Notes under the pieces: generated by a model
Told to the model about the DNA's origin: nothing
Seen by the model: the letters and a program-made list of their open reading frames with translations, nothing else
Databases searched by the model: none
Shown: positions 42,511 through 57,169 of the stretch, in pieces
Layout: each line of letters opens with the position of its first letter
Position numbering within the stretch: position 1 is the stretch's first letter
Made by a program: the position numbers and the translations under genes
NCBI RefSeq assembly: GCF_009914755.1
Contig: NC_060929.1
From: the human T2T-CHM13v2.0 reference genome, Homo sapiens
Direction: 5' to 3' (one strand)
Length of the DNA: 64,000 nt

Positions 42511-43220
42511 CAATTTTTTAATGTAATAAAGTCGCATATACTTATTATAAAATATTTAAACCGCAGAATGTTATATGTGAAATGTACATCAAAATTCTTT
42601 AGAGCTTTAATTAGCAACACAGTTATAAAGTATCTATATTACTAAGACAGAAATATTGGTTTGGAGGTAATTTTTGACTTTCGTGTTAAGAGTTTTCTAC
42701 AATTCTCTTTTTCTGCTATCTTTTGACTATTCTTCTTTTTATGTGTATTACATATGTGACTGTTTGTTTTTTATGTATGTGTTTTGTTCTTTATGTTCCC
42801 TTGAATATGAACATGTGTGTGTTAGTTTACATGTTTCCTTGTATATAATTTATTTCTGTATGCAATTAATGTATATAATTTAATAGTGTTACAGTATATT
42901 TTTAGTTATCTCATTCTTAAGGCTTTGGATAATATGTTTTGCTCATTCACGGCATTGGATAAAATTTTATTATGACAAAAGCTTTTGAAAAAGTATACTT
43001 GTAATGCTTATGTTGCATATCATGAATAACATGTCCAGAATTCTATAGCATTATAATCTATATTTAAACATATTTGACATACATTAAAAATTATTCCATA
43101 CCAACATTCCTTAATTTTTGAATCTTTAATTTGTGTTAAATTGGTATGTTAAAATAATTGTGTTGGCTGGTATATTAGTTTCCTGTGGCTGCTGCAGCAA
43201 ATTACTACACACTTGGTAGT

Positions 43221-43269
43221 TATATTAATCAGACTCCTCTAGAGGAACAGAACCAATAGAATGTGGAAA

Positions 43270-43308
<39 letters not shown>

Positions 43309-43670
43309 TTAGAAGTTTATTTTAAAGAATGGCTCAAGTGATTGTGCAGGCTGTTGAATCTAAATCTTTAGGGTAGAAAGGCAAACTGTAGAACCAGGGA
43401 AGAGTTAATGTTGCAGTTCAAGTCCAAAGACAGTCTGGAGAAAGAATTCCCTCTTCCTTGGGAGACCTTAGTCTGTTTTATCTTAAGGCCTTGAGCTGAT
43501 TGAAAGTAGCCCAGCTACACTGTGGATAGCAATCTGCTTTACTCAAAGTCTACTGATTTAAATGTTAAGACTGTCTTTAAGAAATACTGTCACAGAATTA
43601 TCAGACATGTTTAACCAAGAAGCTGGGTAACATGGCCCAGCTAAGTTGACACACTAAATTAATCATTGTA
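43221..43670 (-). mobile_element. MLT2B-like ERVL solo LTR
   Basis: 'tctagaggaacagaaccaatag', 'aatctgctttactcaaagtctactgatttaaatgttaa', 'aagttgacacactaaattaa'. Confidence 0.8.
43271..43306. repeat. (TG)18 microsatellite
   Basis: Pure TG run inside the MLT2B. Confidence 0.97.
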
Positions 43671-43786
43671 ATGACTTACAACACTGAAATTTATTTTAAC
43701 AGAAGCTCATGATCAAAACCTAGGCATAGCTGTGCTTCCTCCTGAGCTCTAGGAGAGAATCAGACCCTTGCCTCTCCATCTTCTAG

Positions 43787-44222
<436 letters not shown>

Positions 44223-44827
44223 TCTCTGCCTCTTTCTTATAAGTATACTTGTGATTACATTTAGGCCCTACCCAGATAATCCATAATGATCTCAATTCAA
44301 GATCCTTAATTTAATCACATCTTCACAGGTGCTTTTTTTTTTGTTTTCTTCCCAAAAAGGTAACATTTGCAGTCTCCAGGGATTAGGAAATAGACAAATC
44401 TTTATTAGTCTTTATCAGCCTGCCACAGCTGGATTTTTATTATCAAATACATTTTCAAGGAAGAGAAATAAATGGTTTAGTACATGAATCTACTTTAGGT
44501 ACAAAAAGCTTGAAATGTTTTTGTCTGTATGGCTTTCACAACTGTTATTTTATTAATTTAAAAGCTATTACTCATTAATAACAACTTAATTTGTTTTAAA
44601 TGTTCTTGGACCTAGACTTTTATTTTTCTTCTAATGATTGTACTATTACTATCACATACTCTGATGATGACTGCTGCAGTAAAGAATTTAGGAAGAGCCC
44701 AGCTTTTGTTCTTACAACTTAAGTTTTTAAAATTTCAATATATATTTATTGTCTAGCATTATTTCTTATGTTTAATTTTTATTTGCTATTTTTCTTCTAT
44801 TGCTGAATACATTTAACAATATCTATC

Positions 44828-45853
44828 TATTGGGGGAACCCATCCCCAATATTTCAACATAGGTGCTATTTTCCATAAGTGTTGGCCGGCTGAAAAATAA
44901 AGACAGACAGTACAAAGAGAGGAATTTTATAGCTGGGCCACTGGGGGTGACATCATGTATCAGTAAGACCGTGATGCCCACCTCAGTCTCAGACCAGGAA
45001 GTTTTTATTAAGGGTTTCAAAAGGGGAGGGGGTGTAAGAATAGGAAGTAGGTACAAAGATCTCATGCTTCAAAGGGCAAAAAGCAGAACTACTAATAAGA
45101 GTCTAACAAAGATCACATGCTTCTGAGGAAACAGGACAAAGAGAAAAAGCAGAACCACTGATAAGGGTCTATGTTTTGTCTTGATAAAACATATTGTCTT
45201 GATAAACATCTTAAACAACAGAAAACAGGGTTCAAGAGCAGAGAACTGGTCTGAGCACAAATTTACCAGGGCAGAGTTTTTTCCCACCCTAGTAAGCCTG
45301 AGGGTACTGCAGGAGACAAGGGCATATCTCAGTCCTTATCTCAACTGCACAAGACAGACATTCCCACAGTGGCCATTTATAGACCTCCCCCCAGGAATGC
45401 ATTCCTTTCCCAGGGTATTAATATTAATATTCCTTGCTAGGAAAAGAATTTAGCGATATCTTCCCTACTTGCACATCGTTTATAGGCTCTCTGCAAGAAG
45501 AGAAATATGGCTCTTTTTGCCTGACCCCGCAGGCAGTCAGACCTTATGGTTGTCTTCCCTTGTTCCCTAAAATCACTGTTATTCTGTTCTTTTTCAAGGT
45601 GCACTGATTTCATATTGTTCCAACACACATTTTACAATCAATTTGTACAGTTAACACAATTATCACAGTGGTCCTGAGGTGACGTATATCCTCAGCTTAC
45701 AAAGGTAACAGGATTAAGAGATTGAAGTAAAGAGAGGCATAAGAAATTATAAAAGTATTATTTGGAAAATGATAAATGTCCATGTTAATATGAAATCTTC
45801 ACAATTTATGTTCCACTACCATGGCTCCAACTGGTCCCTGACTTCCCGCAACA
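44828..45853 (-). mobile_element. Second MER11 (HML-8) solo LTR
   Basis: Reverse complement starts tgttgcgggaagtcagggacc. Perfect 6-bp TSD tctatc (44822-44827 and 45854-45859). Colinear with 27255-28269. Confidence 0.93.
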
Positions 45854-46126
45854 TCTATCTATCTAAAATTTATTTCTATCTATATATGGAACTAGATTAA
45901 ATTATAAATGTAGATTAATGCCATAAAAGCTCTCACATTCTATAGATTTAAGTCTTTATCAGGAAATGTTTTCATTTTTGCTATCTGTAAGTAGTTTAGA
46001 AAATCTCTTCTACTGCATCTCAGAGAATTTTACATTTGCTTTCTATATTTTATTTTCTTCCCATAGAACACTGATTATTTTCTTATATTTTATGTTTATG
46101 ATTATATTCTTAAAAATTACCTTTTT

Positions 46127-48180
46127 GTGGAAAAGCTAAAGACTCTACCAAAAAACTAGTAGAATTGATAAATTCAGTAAAATTGCATGATACAAAATTA
46201 ACATACAAAAATCCATAGCATTTCTATATGCCAACAGTGAGCAATTTGAAAAAGAAATAAAAATGTAATCCCATTAGCAGAAGCCATAAATGAAATTAAA
46301 TATGTAGTAATCAAAGAAGTGAAGGATCTCTATAATAAAAAACACAAAACACTGATGAAAAATATCGAAGAGGACACAAAAAAATAGAAATCCATGTTCA
46401 TGGGTTGGAAGAATCAGTATTGTTAAAATGTCCATACTACCCAATGCAATGTATAGATACAATGCAATCTCTATCAAAATATCAATGACATCCTTCACAG
46501 AAACAGAAAAAATAAATCCTAAAATTTCTATGGAACCACAAAAGACCTAGAATAACGCAAAGTTATTCTGAGGAAAAAGAACAAAACTGGAAGAATCACA
46601 TGAACAGACTTCAAATTATAGTAAAGAGCTAAAGTAACACAAACAGCCTGGTAACTGGCATAAAAACAGACACATAGATCAATGGAACAGAATAGAAAAC
46701 CCAGAAATGAAATACAGTGAAGTCATTTTTCAAATCGTACCAAAAACACACATTGGGGTAAAGGATAGTCTCCTAAATAAATGGTGCTGAGCAAACCAGA
46801 TATTCATATGCAGAATGAAACTAGACCCCAATCTCTCACCACACACAAAAATCAAATCAAAACGGTTTAAAGACTTAAATCTAAGACATTAAACTATGAA
46901 ATGAAGAAAACTTTGGGAAAACTCTACAGGAAATTGTTCTGGGAAAAATTTCTTGAGTAATACCTCACTAACACAGGCAACCAAGCAAAAATGGACAAAT
47001 GAAATCACATCAAATTAAAAAGCTTCTGCACAGAGAAAGAAGCAATCAAAAAAGTGAAGAGACAACCCACAGAATGGGAGAAAACATTTGCAAACTAACC
47101 ATCTGATAAGGGATTAATAACCAGAATATATAAGGAGCTCAAACAACTCTATAGGAAATGATCTAATAACCCAATTAGTGAATAGGCAAAATATTTTAAA
47201 AGACATTTCCCAAAAGAAGATATACAAATGGCAAAAAAGGCATATAAAATAGTGCTCAATATCCTTGATCATCACCAGAGAAATTCAAATCAAAACTACA
47301 ATGAGATATCATCTCACCCTAGTTTAAATGGCTTTTACCCAAAAGACATGCAGGAACAAATGCTGGTGAGGAGAGGTAGAAAAGGAAACTCTTGTACACT
47401 GTTGTTGGGAATGTAAATTAGTACAACTGCTAACGAGAACAGTCTGGAGGTTCCTCAAAAACTAAAACTAGAGCTACCCTAAATTCCAGCAATTCCACTT
47501 CTGAATGTATTCCCAAAAGAAGGGAAATCAATATATTAAAGAGATATCTGCGCTACCATGTTTCTTGCAGCACTGTTCACAATAGCCAAGATTTGGAAGC
47601 AGTCTAAGTGTCTATTAACATGTGAATGAATAAAGAAAACAGGGTTCATACATACAAGGGAATACATCTCAGCAATAAAAAAGAATGAGATCCTGCATTT
47701 GCAACAACATGGATGGAACTGGAGGTCATTATGTTAAGTAAAATTTGTCAGTCACAGTAGACAAATTTCACCTGTTTTCACTTATTTGTGGGATCTAAAA
47801 ATTTAAACAGTTGAACTCATGGAGTTAGAGAGTAGAAGGACAGTTACCAGAGGTTGGGGAGGGTGGTGGAGGCTGGGAGAGAAGTGGAGATAGTTAATGG
47901 GTACCAAAAGAAGTTAGAAAGAATAAATAAGACAGTATTTGATAGCACAACGGACTGACGGTATTCAATAATAATTTATACATTTTAATATAACTAAAAG
48001 AGTAAAAGTGGATTGTTTGTAGCACAAAGGATAAATGCTTGAGGGCATGGATACCCCATTTACATGATGTGATTATTACTTACTGCATGCCTGTATCAAA
48101 GTATCTCATGTACCCCATAAATATATATACTTACTATGTACCCAAAAATTAAAAATTAGTAGATGTATAAAATCCTAAAA
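46127..48180 (+). mobile_element. 5'-truncated L1MA (MA2-like)
   Basis: ORF2 C-terminal DNA, 3' end 'catgcctgtatcaaagtatctcatgtaccccataaatata'. TSD core aattaccttttt at 46115-46126 and 48184-48195. Confidence 0.9.
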
Positions 48181-49194
48181 GAGAATTACCTTTTTATATT
48201 TGCTCCTTTATACCTGATTTGCTGAATTCTGTTCCTCAAGCTGATCTTCTTTTCTACTAATTTCATTTTCAACAGTATCTATTTTATATTCCTTTATTTA
48301 CAGTAGAATTCCTATTTACATACAGGGTCACTTAGAGTGTTCAGTTTAACTCCTAAACTCTTTCACTTCATCTCTTGATTTCCTATGATCATCTTCAGCT
48401 GTAGCTTTCTTTTAGAATCCATATTAGATGTTATTCATTTGAGAATATACACATATATTGAAATGTATTTGTTTGTGGGGGTATATCTTCTGATGTATAT
48501 TCTTCAACTGTCTCTTCCTTTTATTTTGTGGTTATGTTTAAGTGTTGGGGAGGATTGATACCACCTATGCAGACTGTTCGGGTCATTGTTGCTTATCAGT
48601 CATCTTTTAGTGCACATCATTCCATTTTGATCTGTTGTTTTTGATTTGTAGGAGTTATTACGAAAAGATGACCTATAAACCTATTAAGTGTTGGATGTGA
48701 CTGCTTAGCTATGCTATTTTAGAACACTTCCTCACAGATTCAGTTGCCTTTTTATCAGCTTGCTTCAGATTTTAGCTTTCCTGATTTCAGATAATGAGAT
48801 GTCCTAGATAGGTAATTAGACACACACTTACATACCATCCTTACCCACTCTCTTATATCACTCTCTTATATCAACAAGAACACTTGACACATCAGTTTTA
48901 AATAGAATGTGTACAAGAGACCCACTTTTTAACATAAGTGCCTCGTGAAATGCATCTCTCTACTTTCCTGCAGTCCACAAGTCTATCATTCATTTAGAAT
49001 AGTATACAAAATAAAAGCCCAATAGTATAAGAAATGTGATAAGTATGATTTAAACAATTGTAGAAATACTTAACATATCTTTTAACAATCCCTACTCTCT
49101 GTTGATTGAATAGCATAAAATTAGCTTTTCACATACCTGGAGCTAAAATGAAGAGTCGCTGTATCTGTAACAAATGAAAAACTTTATGACAGAC

Positions 49195-49560
49195 GAGGTA
49201 TGGAGAAAATAGATGATGCATTCAAAAAGAGCATCCAAGAGGGTTCAATGGATGAACCATTTACACTTGTAGGCAGGATTAAGAGAAACCAACACTTTGT
49301 GGAGCCAGAAATAGCAGGCCTTTACCAATTCTAGGCCTCAGGGGTTTGAAGTTAGAGCAGTAATCTGCATACAGGGACAAATAGAGCTAAAGGTACAAAA
49401 AGGACCCAGACAACTCTTTCTTCCAAGTCTCCATTTTCCTGCAAAACTTATTTGACAGTCAGAAGGCAAAGAAACCTAACCAATGCATGCTATAGCTTCT
49501 TGGAGCAAAGAGCATTGTCACGAATGTAGGTTGGAGATTTGAAGAAACAATTGGAATATA
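49195..49560 (-). mobile_element. LTR33-like ERVL LTR remnant
   Basis: 'aaatagatgatgcattcaaa...ccatttacacttgtaggcaggattaagagaaacca' resembles recalled LTR33. Confidence 0.45.
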
Positions 49561-50578
49561 TATTACCCAATCCATTTTCTAAACTGCCTAATTCAGTGAG
49601 TCAATATTAGGATGAAATAAGAATACTCCAAAACCTGAAACGAGTATGGTTGGTGGTCACCTACATAATCTTAGTGTACATTTTTCAGTAGGTGTAGACT
49701 TCTATGAACTTTTGGTTTCAAACAGCATATTTACCTCTCTCATTTGCACAGTTTCTGCATCTAAGTGACTAGAAAATTTCTTAGTCTGTTAGGTGATTTA
49801 ACCTACATGTACATGTCACATATTAAAGAAAATACATTTAAGGAAACATTTACTGCACAGTCAAGTGTATGGTAAGCAATATGACCTCATAGAAAGAAGA
49901 ACTAAGAACCCAAAACCCTGGTTTGAAGTTTATCTTAATACATGTACACTCGTTTCATCTCATTAAGAACAAATTTCTCTCATCCACTAACAAGATAATT
50001 TATCACCTCTACTACCTACATAATAAAGATTGTTTCTTTATACAATTATTACAATATTAACTAAAGTCTTATACCAAAAGTAATCCAAAATAAGCTCAGA
50101 TGACGGATACATAAGGTAACAGTCTCTAAAAAGACAAAAAATTCAACTGTAAAATTATATTCTAAGGGGGTATAATTTCATTTACTAGTGATGTTTAAAA
50201 CTGTCCTGCATGAAGCAAATTTATTTATCCTGGAGGATAAATTTCTATAGTAGAAGAGGAACTATCATATAAGTTTTATGCTATTTTATATTTCTAATAT
50301 TTGTGACTAAAACCTGTCTCTTTCCCACACTTTCACTTTTGTTTTCTCTGTAGGAGCCATGAAAAAGAGAAAAATCTTTTCAAATTGTAGTGTGTGTTCT
50401 TGATGAAGTTATTTTAGTTCTTTGCAATTATAATTTATTTCAAAAAACTACTCAGTGTTAGAGTTGCTTTTATTTATTTATTAAATTCTGAAAATCTGTT
50501 TGCCTGAGGACGATATCAAAAGTGTAATTCAAAAGAATATAATACATTTTTGTGATATTTTAATTAAACAATTTTCTT

Positions 50579-51041
50579 TGAAAAAGATTATTTTCCTGGC
50601 CAAACTTTAGTCAGGATGCTGAATTTTCTAGGCCCATATGCACACTTCTTCATAAAAGTTAGTTTTAACTAAGTCAAGTTAGCAAGAGCCTTCCACACTC
50701 AATATCTGATTATCCTCAACATTTGATCAGGTTCCCAGGCCTCCATCATCCTGAAGGTGATGTATGATCACCCTGGCTTCTCCTTGGAAATAATTCTGTA
50801 GGTGGGTTAGACAGATTCTCTCTTACTCCTAATGTTTCCTTTTAGTACTTTTCCATCCAATGACCTCCATCCTGTTGCTTGGCACTAAATTCCCACTTGC
50901 TCACGCTATATTCAGGGTTGAGCTCAATTTCTCTCCCTGACTGCAAGCCCCATTGCAGTGATCCTTAAACCTATAAAAATAGTCTTGAATAAATCTTCCT
51001 TAATAAGTTTTAACAAGTGCCATTGAAGTTTTTCTTTAACA
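50579..51041 (+). mobile_element. MER31-family ERV1 solo LTR
   Basis: TG...CA termini, 'ccaaactttagtcagg', AATAAA at 50988-50993, perfect 4-bp TSD tctt (50575-50578 and 51042-51045). Confidence 0.87.
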
Positions 51042-51641
51042 TCTTTACGAATCAGTTTACTGTAATGTTAATTGCAAAAGTAAAATACTAAAACATCCTG
51101 AAAGTTCATAAATAGAGGAATGGTTGAATAAATAATAATTTCTAAACTATGTTAAATAAAGAAAAGTGAGATTTGTGTGTGCTGACTTGAAAAGTTATCC
51201 ATGAGGAAGCAGTGAAAAAAAAGTAGGAGAGTAATATGCATCATGCAACTCAATTTTAAAATATATAAAACTCAACTCATGCAACTCAATTTAAAAATAT
51301 ATAAAAGAAAGAAAATAAACTGAATTGTTTGCATGTTTATACAAATATTAAAGAATGAAGAGCAAAATCATATTCTTTATAGCACTGTTCAATTTTTATG
51401 TTTGGCTAAAAATATTTTTCTTCATTCACATCTGCATTGTTTAGAATTGTTGCAAATAGCACATATTATAACATAATTTTTGAATATACAAAATTAACTT
51501 ATAAATTAAAAATAACATAATGGTAATTCAAGAAAAGCACCTGGATCATTTTGCAATATCTGACTAGTGTATTTGTTAAATTACAAGTAGAAAGAGGACA
51601 ATACTATTTGGAGCAACTGTAGACTAAAAACAATTTAATTA

Positions 51642-51996
51642 CAGGTTAAACATCCCTAATTTGAAAATCTGTAATCCAAAATGCTTAAAAATCTAAAACA
51701 TTTTGAGCGTCACATCATGGCACAAGTGGAAAATTCTACACCTGACATCACATAAACAACTTTGTTTCATGCACAAAATTACTTAAAAATTGTATAAAAT
51801 TACCTTCAGGTGTATATAAGCTGTATATAAAATATTAATGAATTCATATTTATACCTTGGTCCTCTCCCCAAGATATTATATTATGTATATATGCAAATA
51901 TATCTAAATCCAAAATTAAAAAATCCAAAAATTCTGAAACCTGAAATAGTTCTGGTCCCTGGTCCCAAGTATTTCAGGTGAGAGATACTCAACCTG
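51642..51996. mobile_element. Tigger4 (Zombi) non-autonomous DNA transposon
   Basis: TA TSD (51640-51641 and 51997-51998). TIRs caggttaaacatccc / gagatactcaacctg. Confidence 0.88.
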
Positions 51997-52913
51997 TACC
52001 AAAAAAAAAAAAAAAAAAAAATCCAAAACATGTAATTATTAGTTTTGTATTTACACTGAGAAATTATATGTATGCTTTACACATTAGCATATGTATATTT
52101 AAATCAAGAAGAACAACTATTATTTAGACCCAGAAATACAGAATAAGAAGTGATATTCATAAATAGTTATTAATTTCTCATTATCACTGTGACCAAGAAA
52201 ATGATAATAAAATAAACAATACTAATACTTTCTTCTCTCCTTTCTTTACTGATAAACTTCAATATCAACACAGAATATGACATTGCTACAATCAGAAATA
52301 TCTAGAGGTTCTCATATTAACCAAGGAAATATTCTTTGCCTTATAGAATACAAGCAGCTTCTGAATTTCCTAAAATCTCCTACATCATTTTAATGAAAAA
52401 ATTTAATACTACTAGAATATGTACTGTTACTTTAAATAATTTTGTCAGAATAGGAATTCAAAGCAGGGCTCCAAAATAACTGGAAGTAAATTGTCACTAT
52501 TATGGAGACATTTTACAAGAATAGAGCAAAGGTCACATGGGGCTTGATCAGCTCCTTACTTTGTTCTGCAATAGCAGTATCTAGACAACTAAGGATGTTG
52601 GATAACCTGCCTAACAAAATTAAGGATGTGTGACACAAACTTAGCAAGGACATGTGTTTGAAGAAAATTTACTTTTAGTAAACTAACATTCTAAAAAAAA
52701 TTTTTTTAGCAAAAAACAAACCAACAAATAAACCAACAAAAAACCATCCTGAGGATCTCTACCACATAGCAATAGGATGTTTCTTTAGTTGTTTTCAGCT
52801 AGTGATAGACCTATTTAAATATCAAGAATGTAATGAAGGCACATTGAAGGGGTATGGAGGAGGTCTTTCATATCTAAAAACTTTTTTTCTGTAGCTTATA
52901 ATAGGAATTCTAG

Positions 52914-53051
52914 TTTGTTGTTGTTGTTGTTGTTTTGGTTTGTTTGTGTGTTTATTTTCTGAGACAAGGTTTCACTGTATTGCCCAGGCTGGTCTTGAAC
53001 TCCTGGGGTCAAGGGATCTTCCCACCTCAGCCTACGGGTGTGAGTCACTGG
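52914..53051 (-). mobile_element. FLAM/Alu monomer with (TTG)n tail
   Basis: 'ttgcccaggctggtcttgaactcctggggtcaagggatcttccc'. Confidence 0.8.
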
Positions 53052-53589
53052 ATAGTCAAAGGCAGAAAATGACACAAAGCTATAAGAAAGTTTAAGCACA
53101 AGGTTACAAGCTTCACACTCACCCATTTTCCTTTCATATGGCATTCTGGAATAAACTAGATGTTAGGACTAAACTAGATGTTAGGACATTTGTTCAGCAA
53201 CTATTTCTGAGTTATCATTTAACCCATTCGTGTTTCTGCTCACTCCATGAACACTAACCAGACTGCTTATCTTTTGATAAGGTCAGTGTTTACTCTTAGA
53301 ATGTCTTTCAGTAACCTAGAGTGAAGACATGATTTGGCTCAGTATCTGATTCATATTTTAGTTGCATCATTGCTCATCTTTATGTCTTGATATTTATGTT
53401 TTTCATCAATTTGCTAGTTTAAACTATGATATTGCTCCCAATCTCATTTATTCAATATGTATTTGTTGTTGCTGAGAATGATGCCTTCATCCCATAAAGC
53501 GAATATTGATAAAAATAATAGAAAATTAAATTATTAGGTTAAACTAAACTCTGGCTTAATGACCTATAAAATTGTCAAAATTTATTTGC

Positions 53590-54160
53590 TCACTGTACAG
53601 TTTTTCAGGTACTGTTTAAGAATACTCACTTTATTCTACTTCTGAGTTTAGGAAGTTTAGAAATAAAGAAGCAGGCTACCAGGAAGCTTTCATTCTGCAG
53701 TCAGGGATAACAGATAAATCAAATAGTCAAACAAACAACCCAGGCAAATAATAACATAAGAATAATAGTCCTAAAGTAGAAATTCGACTGGTAACAAAGA
53801 TAGAAAGGAGGATGACATAGGTGAAATATAATAATCAAGAGAGAAAGTGGTACAAAATTATATGTGAAAGGCAAGTGCCAGACCATGACAAACATTCATT
53901 ATAGGGTACATAAAATGAGTTGGTGTTTTTACAAATCCAATGGGAAACCATCGAAAATTTAAGAAGAAAATTTCAATGTATGTGTTATATTTTTAAGTTG
54001 CTAGATAAAGAATTGTGTTCATGGAAAGGGGTGAGAGGTGGAAGCATAGACTTGGGTTATTGAAGCAGCAGAGAGAAGAAACGAGAGATGGTAGGACAAA
54101 ACTGGTAATAACAAAAAATACAAAGAAATGGACACCTTTGAGATATATTTGGGATACACA
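53590..54160 (-). mobile_element. L2 fragment
   Basis: 'aggaagctttcattct', 'caatgggaaaccatcgaaaattt', 'tttgagatatattt'. Confidence 0.5.
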
Positions 54161-54233
54161 AATAGAGGAATAAAATTTTTTCCAGACTTAACCAAAATTT
54201 GAAATGTGTTGTCTTCAAAAGACACCACTGAGA

Positions 54234-54396
54234 GCCAGCAGGGTGGTGCATGACTGTCGTCCCAGCTATTTGGGAGGCAGAGGCTGTAGGATCACTTGAG
54301 CCAGAAATTCCAGTGTGGTTTGCTGTGATTATGCCTGTGAAAAGCCACTGCACTTTAGGTTGGGCAACGTAGTGAGACCTCAAATCTTAAAAAAAG
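54234..54396 (+). mobile_element. FAM (fossil Alu monomer)
   Basis: Single monomer carrying the FAM-diagnostic 'gcctgtgaaaagccactgcact' segment and an A tail. Confidence 0.8.
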
Positions 54397-54488
54397 AAAG
54401 CACCAAAATACTACTGAAATAATGAAAAGAAAACCACTTGAAAATTATATATTTGATAAGGAACTTGTGTTGAAATACTTAACAGTCA

Positions 54489-55061
<573 letters not shown>

Positions 55062-55224
55062 TTTTTGTTTATTCAAGTGAATAAATAAAAGTAAATATAA
55101 TTTAAATTAATCCATGTATTAAAGAGTTTAGTTACTTAAATATAGAAAATGCATGAATCATAAATATGCACATAAAAAGATGCCAAATATCATTAGTTAT
55201 TAGAAAAGTATAAAATCATGATGA

Positions 55225-55575
55225 TGAGACAGCCACGTGGGAGGGGGGGTCCCCAGAGACTCACCAATCAGCCTGGGCCCTGGGAGGAATGTACACTGGG
55301 GCGGAGCCTTGGGAAGTTCTCCAGTTTACAGCAGGGAGGAGCCTGGCCCCTCCTCTTCCCGTCAGGAACCTGGGATTCCAGTGGCAGGTGGGAAGTGCTC
55401 TAGCAGGGGACTCTGGCCTTGTGGACCATCCCTGTTCCCCCCCTGCTTTTTTTACCTTTTCACCCAATGAAACCCTGCTTCATTACCCTTTAAACTGTCT
55501 GCGAGCCTAAATTTTTTGGCCGTGGAATGGACAAGAACACTGTGTTTAGCAGAACTAAGGACATGTCCTGCAACA
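55225..55575 (+). mobile_element. MER61-family ERV1 solo LTR
   Basis: tgagacagcc...cctgcaaca termini and a perfect 4-bp TSD atga (55221-55224 and 55576-55579). Confidence 0.87.
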
Positions 55576-55664
55576 ATGAGATACCACTACATATTTATAA
55601 AATTGATTAACATTAAAAAGCCTGACAATATCAAGTGCTAGCAAGGACACAGAGGAACAGAACC

Positions 55665-56284
55665 TTGTGTACTTAATATACAATAAACTGTGCATATATA
55701 AATTGCACCATTTCACAAGCGTTGACATATAAATATAGTTGCAAAACCATCACTGGAATCAGATAACAAACATATCTGTCACTCTCACAAGTCTCCATCT
55801 GCCCCTTCATAGTGACCTTCTACCTTCCCCAAGTCTTCTCCCCCAACCTTCACTCCCTGTCTCTAGTCAGCTATTGATCTGCTTCCTGTCATTATAAATT
55901 ACTTTCCATTTTCTAGATTTTTAAGTAATTGGAATCATGCAGTAAGCACTCTTTTATGTCAGGCATTTTTTATTATTTTGACTAGCTGTATTGTTGCATA
56001 TATCAAGAGTTCACTGTTTTATAAGTAATATTATATTATGTGAACATAGCACAATTTGCTGATAAATATTTGGGTTGTTTCCATTTTATGACTATTACCA
56101 AAAAAACAGCTTTGAACATTTGTATGCATGTCTTTGTATGGACATAAAGTTTTATCCATTCATTTTCTGGAATAATACCTAAGAGTGAAGTAGTTGGATC
56201 ATATGGAAGCTGTATATTTAAGCCTTTAAGAAACTACAAAACTGGTTTCCAAAGTGTTCTGATGTTTTACATTCCCACCAGCAG
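55665..56284 (-). mobile_element. L1MB/MC-type 3' fragment inserted antisense
   Basis: 'ggaatcatgcagta', 'tttgggttgtttccatttt', 'ttttacattcccaccagca'. Confidence 0.7.
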
Positions 56285-57169
56285 GCCCGTCAGAGGTTCT
56301 TCCATATGATGCAACTATTACACTCTTAGGTATTACTCCAGAAAATGAATGGATAAAACTTTATGTTCATACAAAGACATGCATACAAATGTTCATAGCT
56401 GTTTTTTTGGTAATAGTCCTAAAATGGAAGCAAACCAAATATTCATCAAAAAATTGTGCCATATTCACATAATTTAATATTACTTATAAAAAATGAACCA
56501 TTGATATATGTAACAATAGAGCTAAGTTTCAAAATAATAAAAGAAGCCTTGACATAAAACAGTGCTTACTGCGTGATTCGATTTACATAAAATTCTGGAA
56601 AAAGCAAAGTAATTTATAATGACAGGAAACAGATCAATAGTTGACTAGAGACAGAAAGCAAAGGTTGAGGGAGAGGAGTGGGGAGGGTTGGAGAAGGTCA
56701 TTATGAAAGGGCAGATGGAGACTGTGGGAGTGATATATGTGTTTATCTGATTCCAGTGATGGTTTTTCAAGTATATTCACGTGTCAACACTTGCTAAATG
56801 GTTCACTTTATATATGCACAGTTTATTGTATATTAAGTATAATCTTAAGGAGAAAAAAAAGAATGATGCTTGTTTTGCCTTTACCAAATGGGAAGATAAG
56901 GTTGGTAGTTTCTGAGCTGTGGTAAAAATGCATGTGGCAATGCCAGTCATGTGTTACTCTACTGAGCATAGAAATAAGACATTGTGGTATGATCTACATA
57001 AGTAAGACCGTAACTTTCTCCTGGAAACCAAACTCTGGAAACTGTTTTCCTTTGCTTTTGATTTAACTGATGGATTTTTGGTATCTTGACCTTTGGTATC
57101 TGTTATCTCCTGGATGATTACCTGGAATTATACGATTTAAAAATCCTTTTAGGGGCAGGACACAACACA

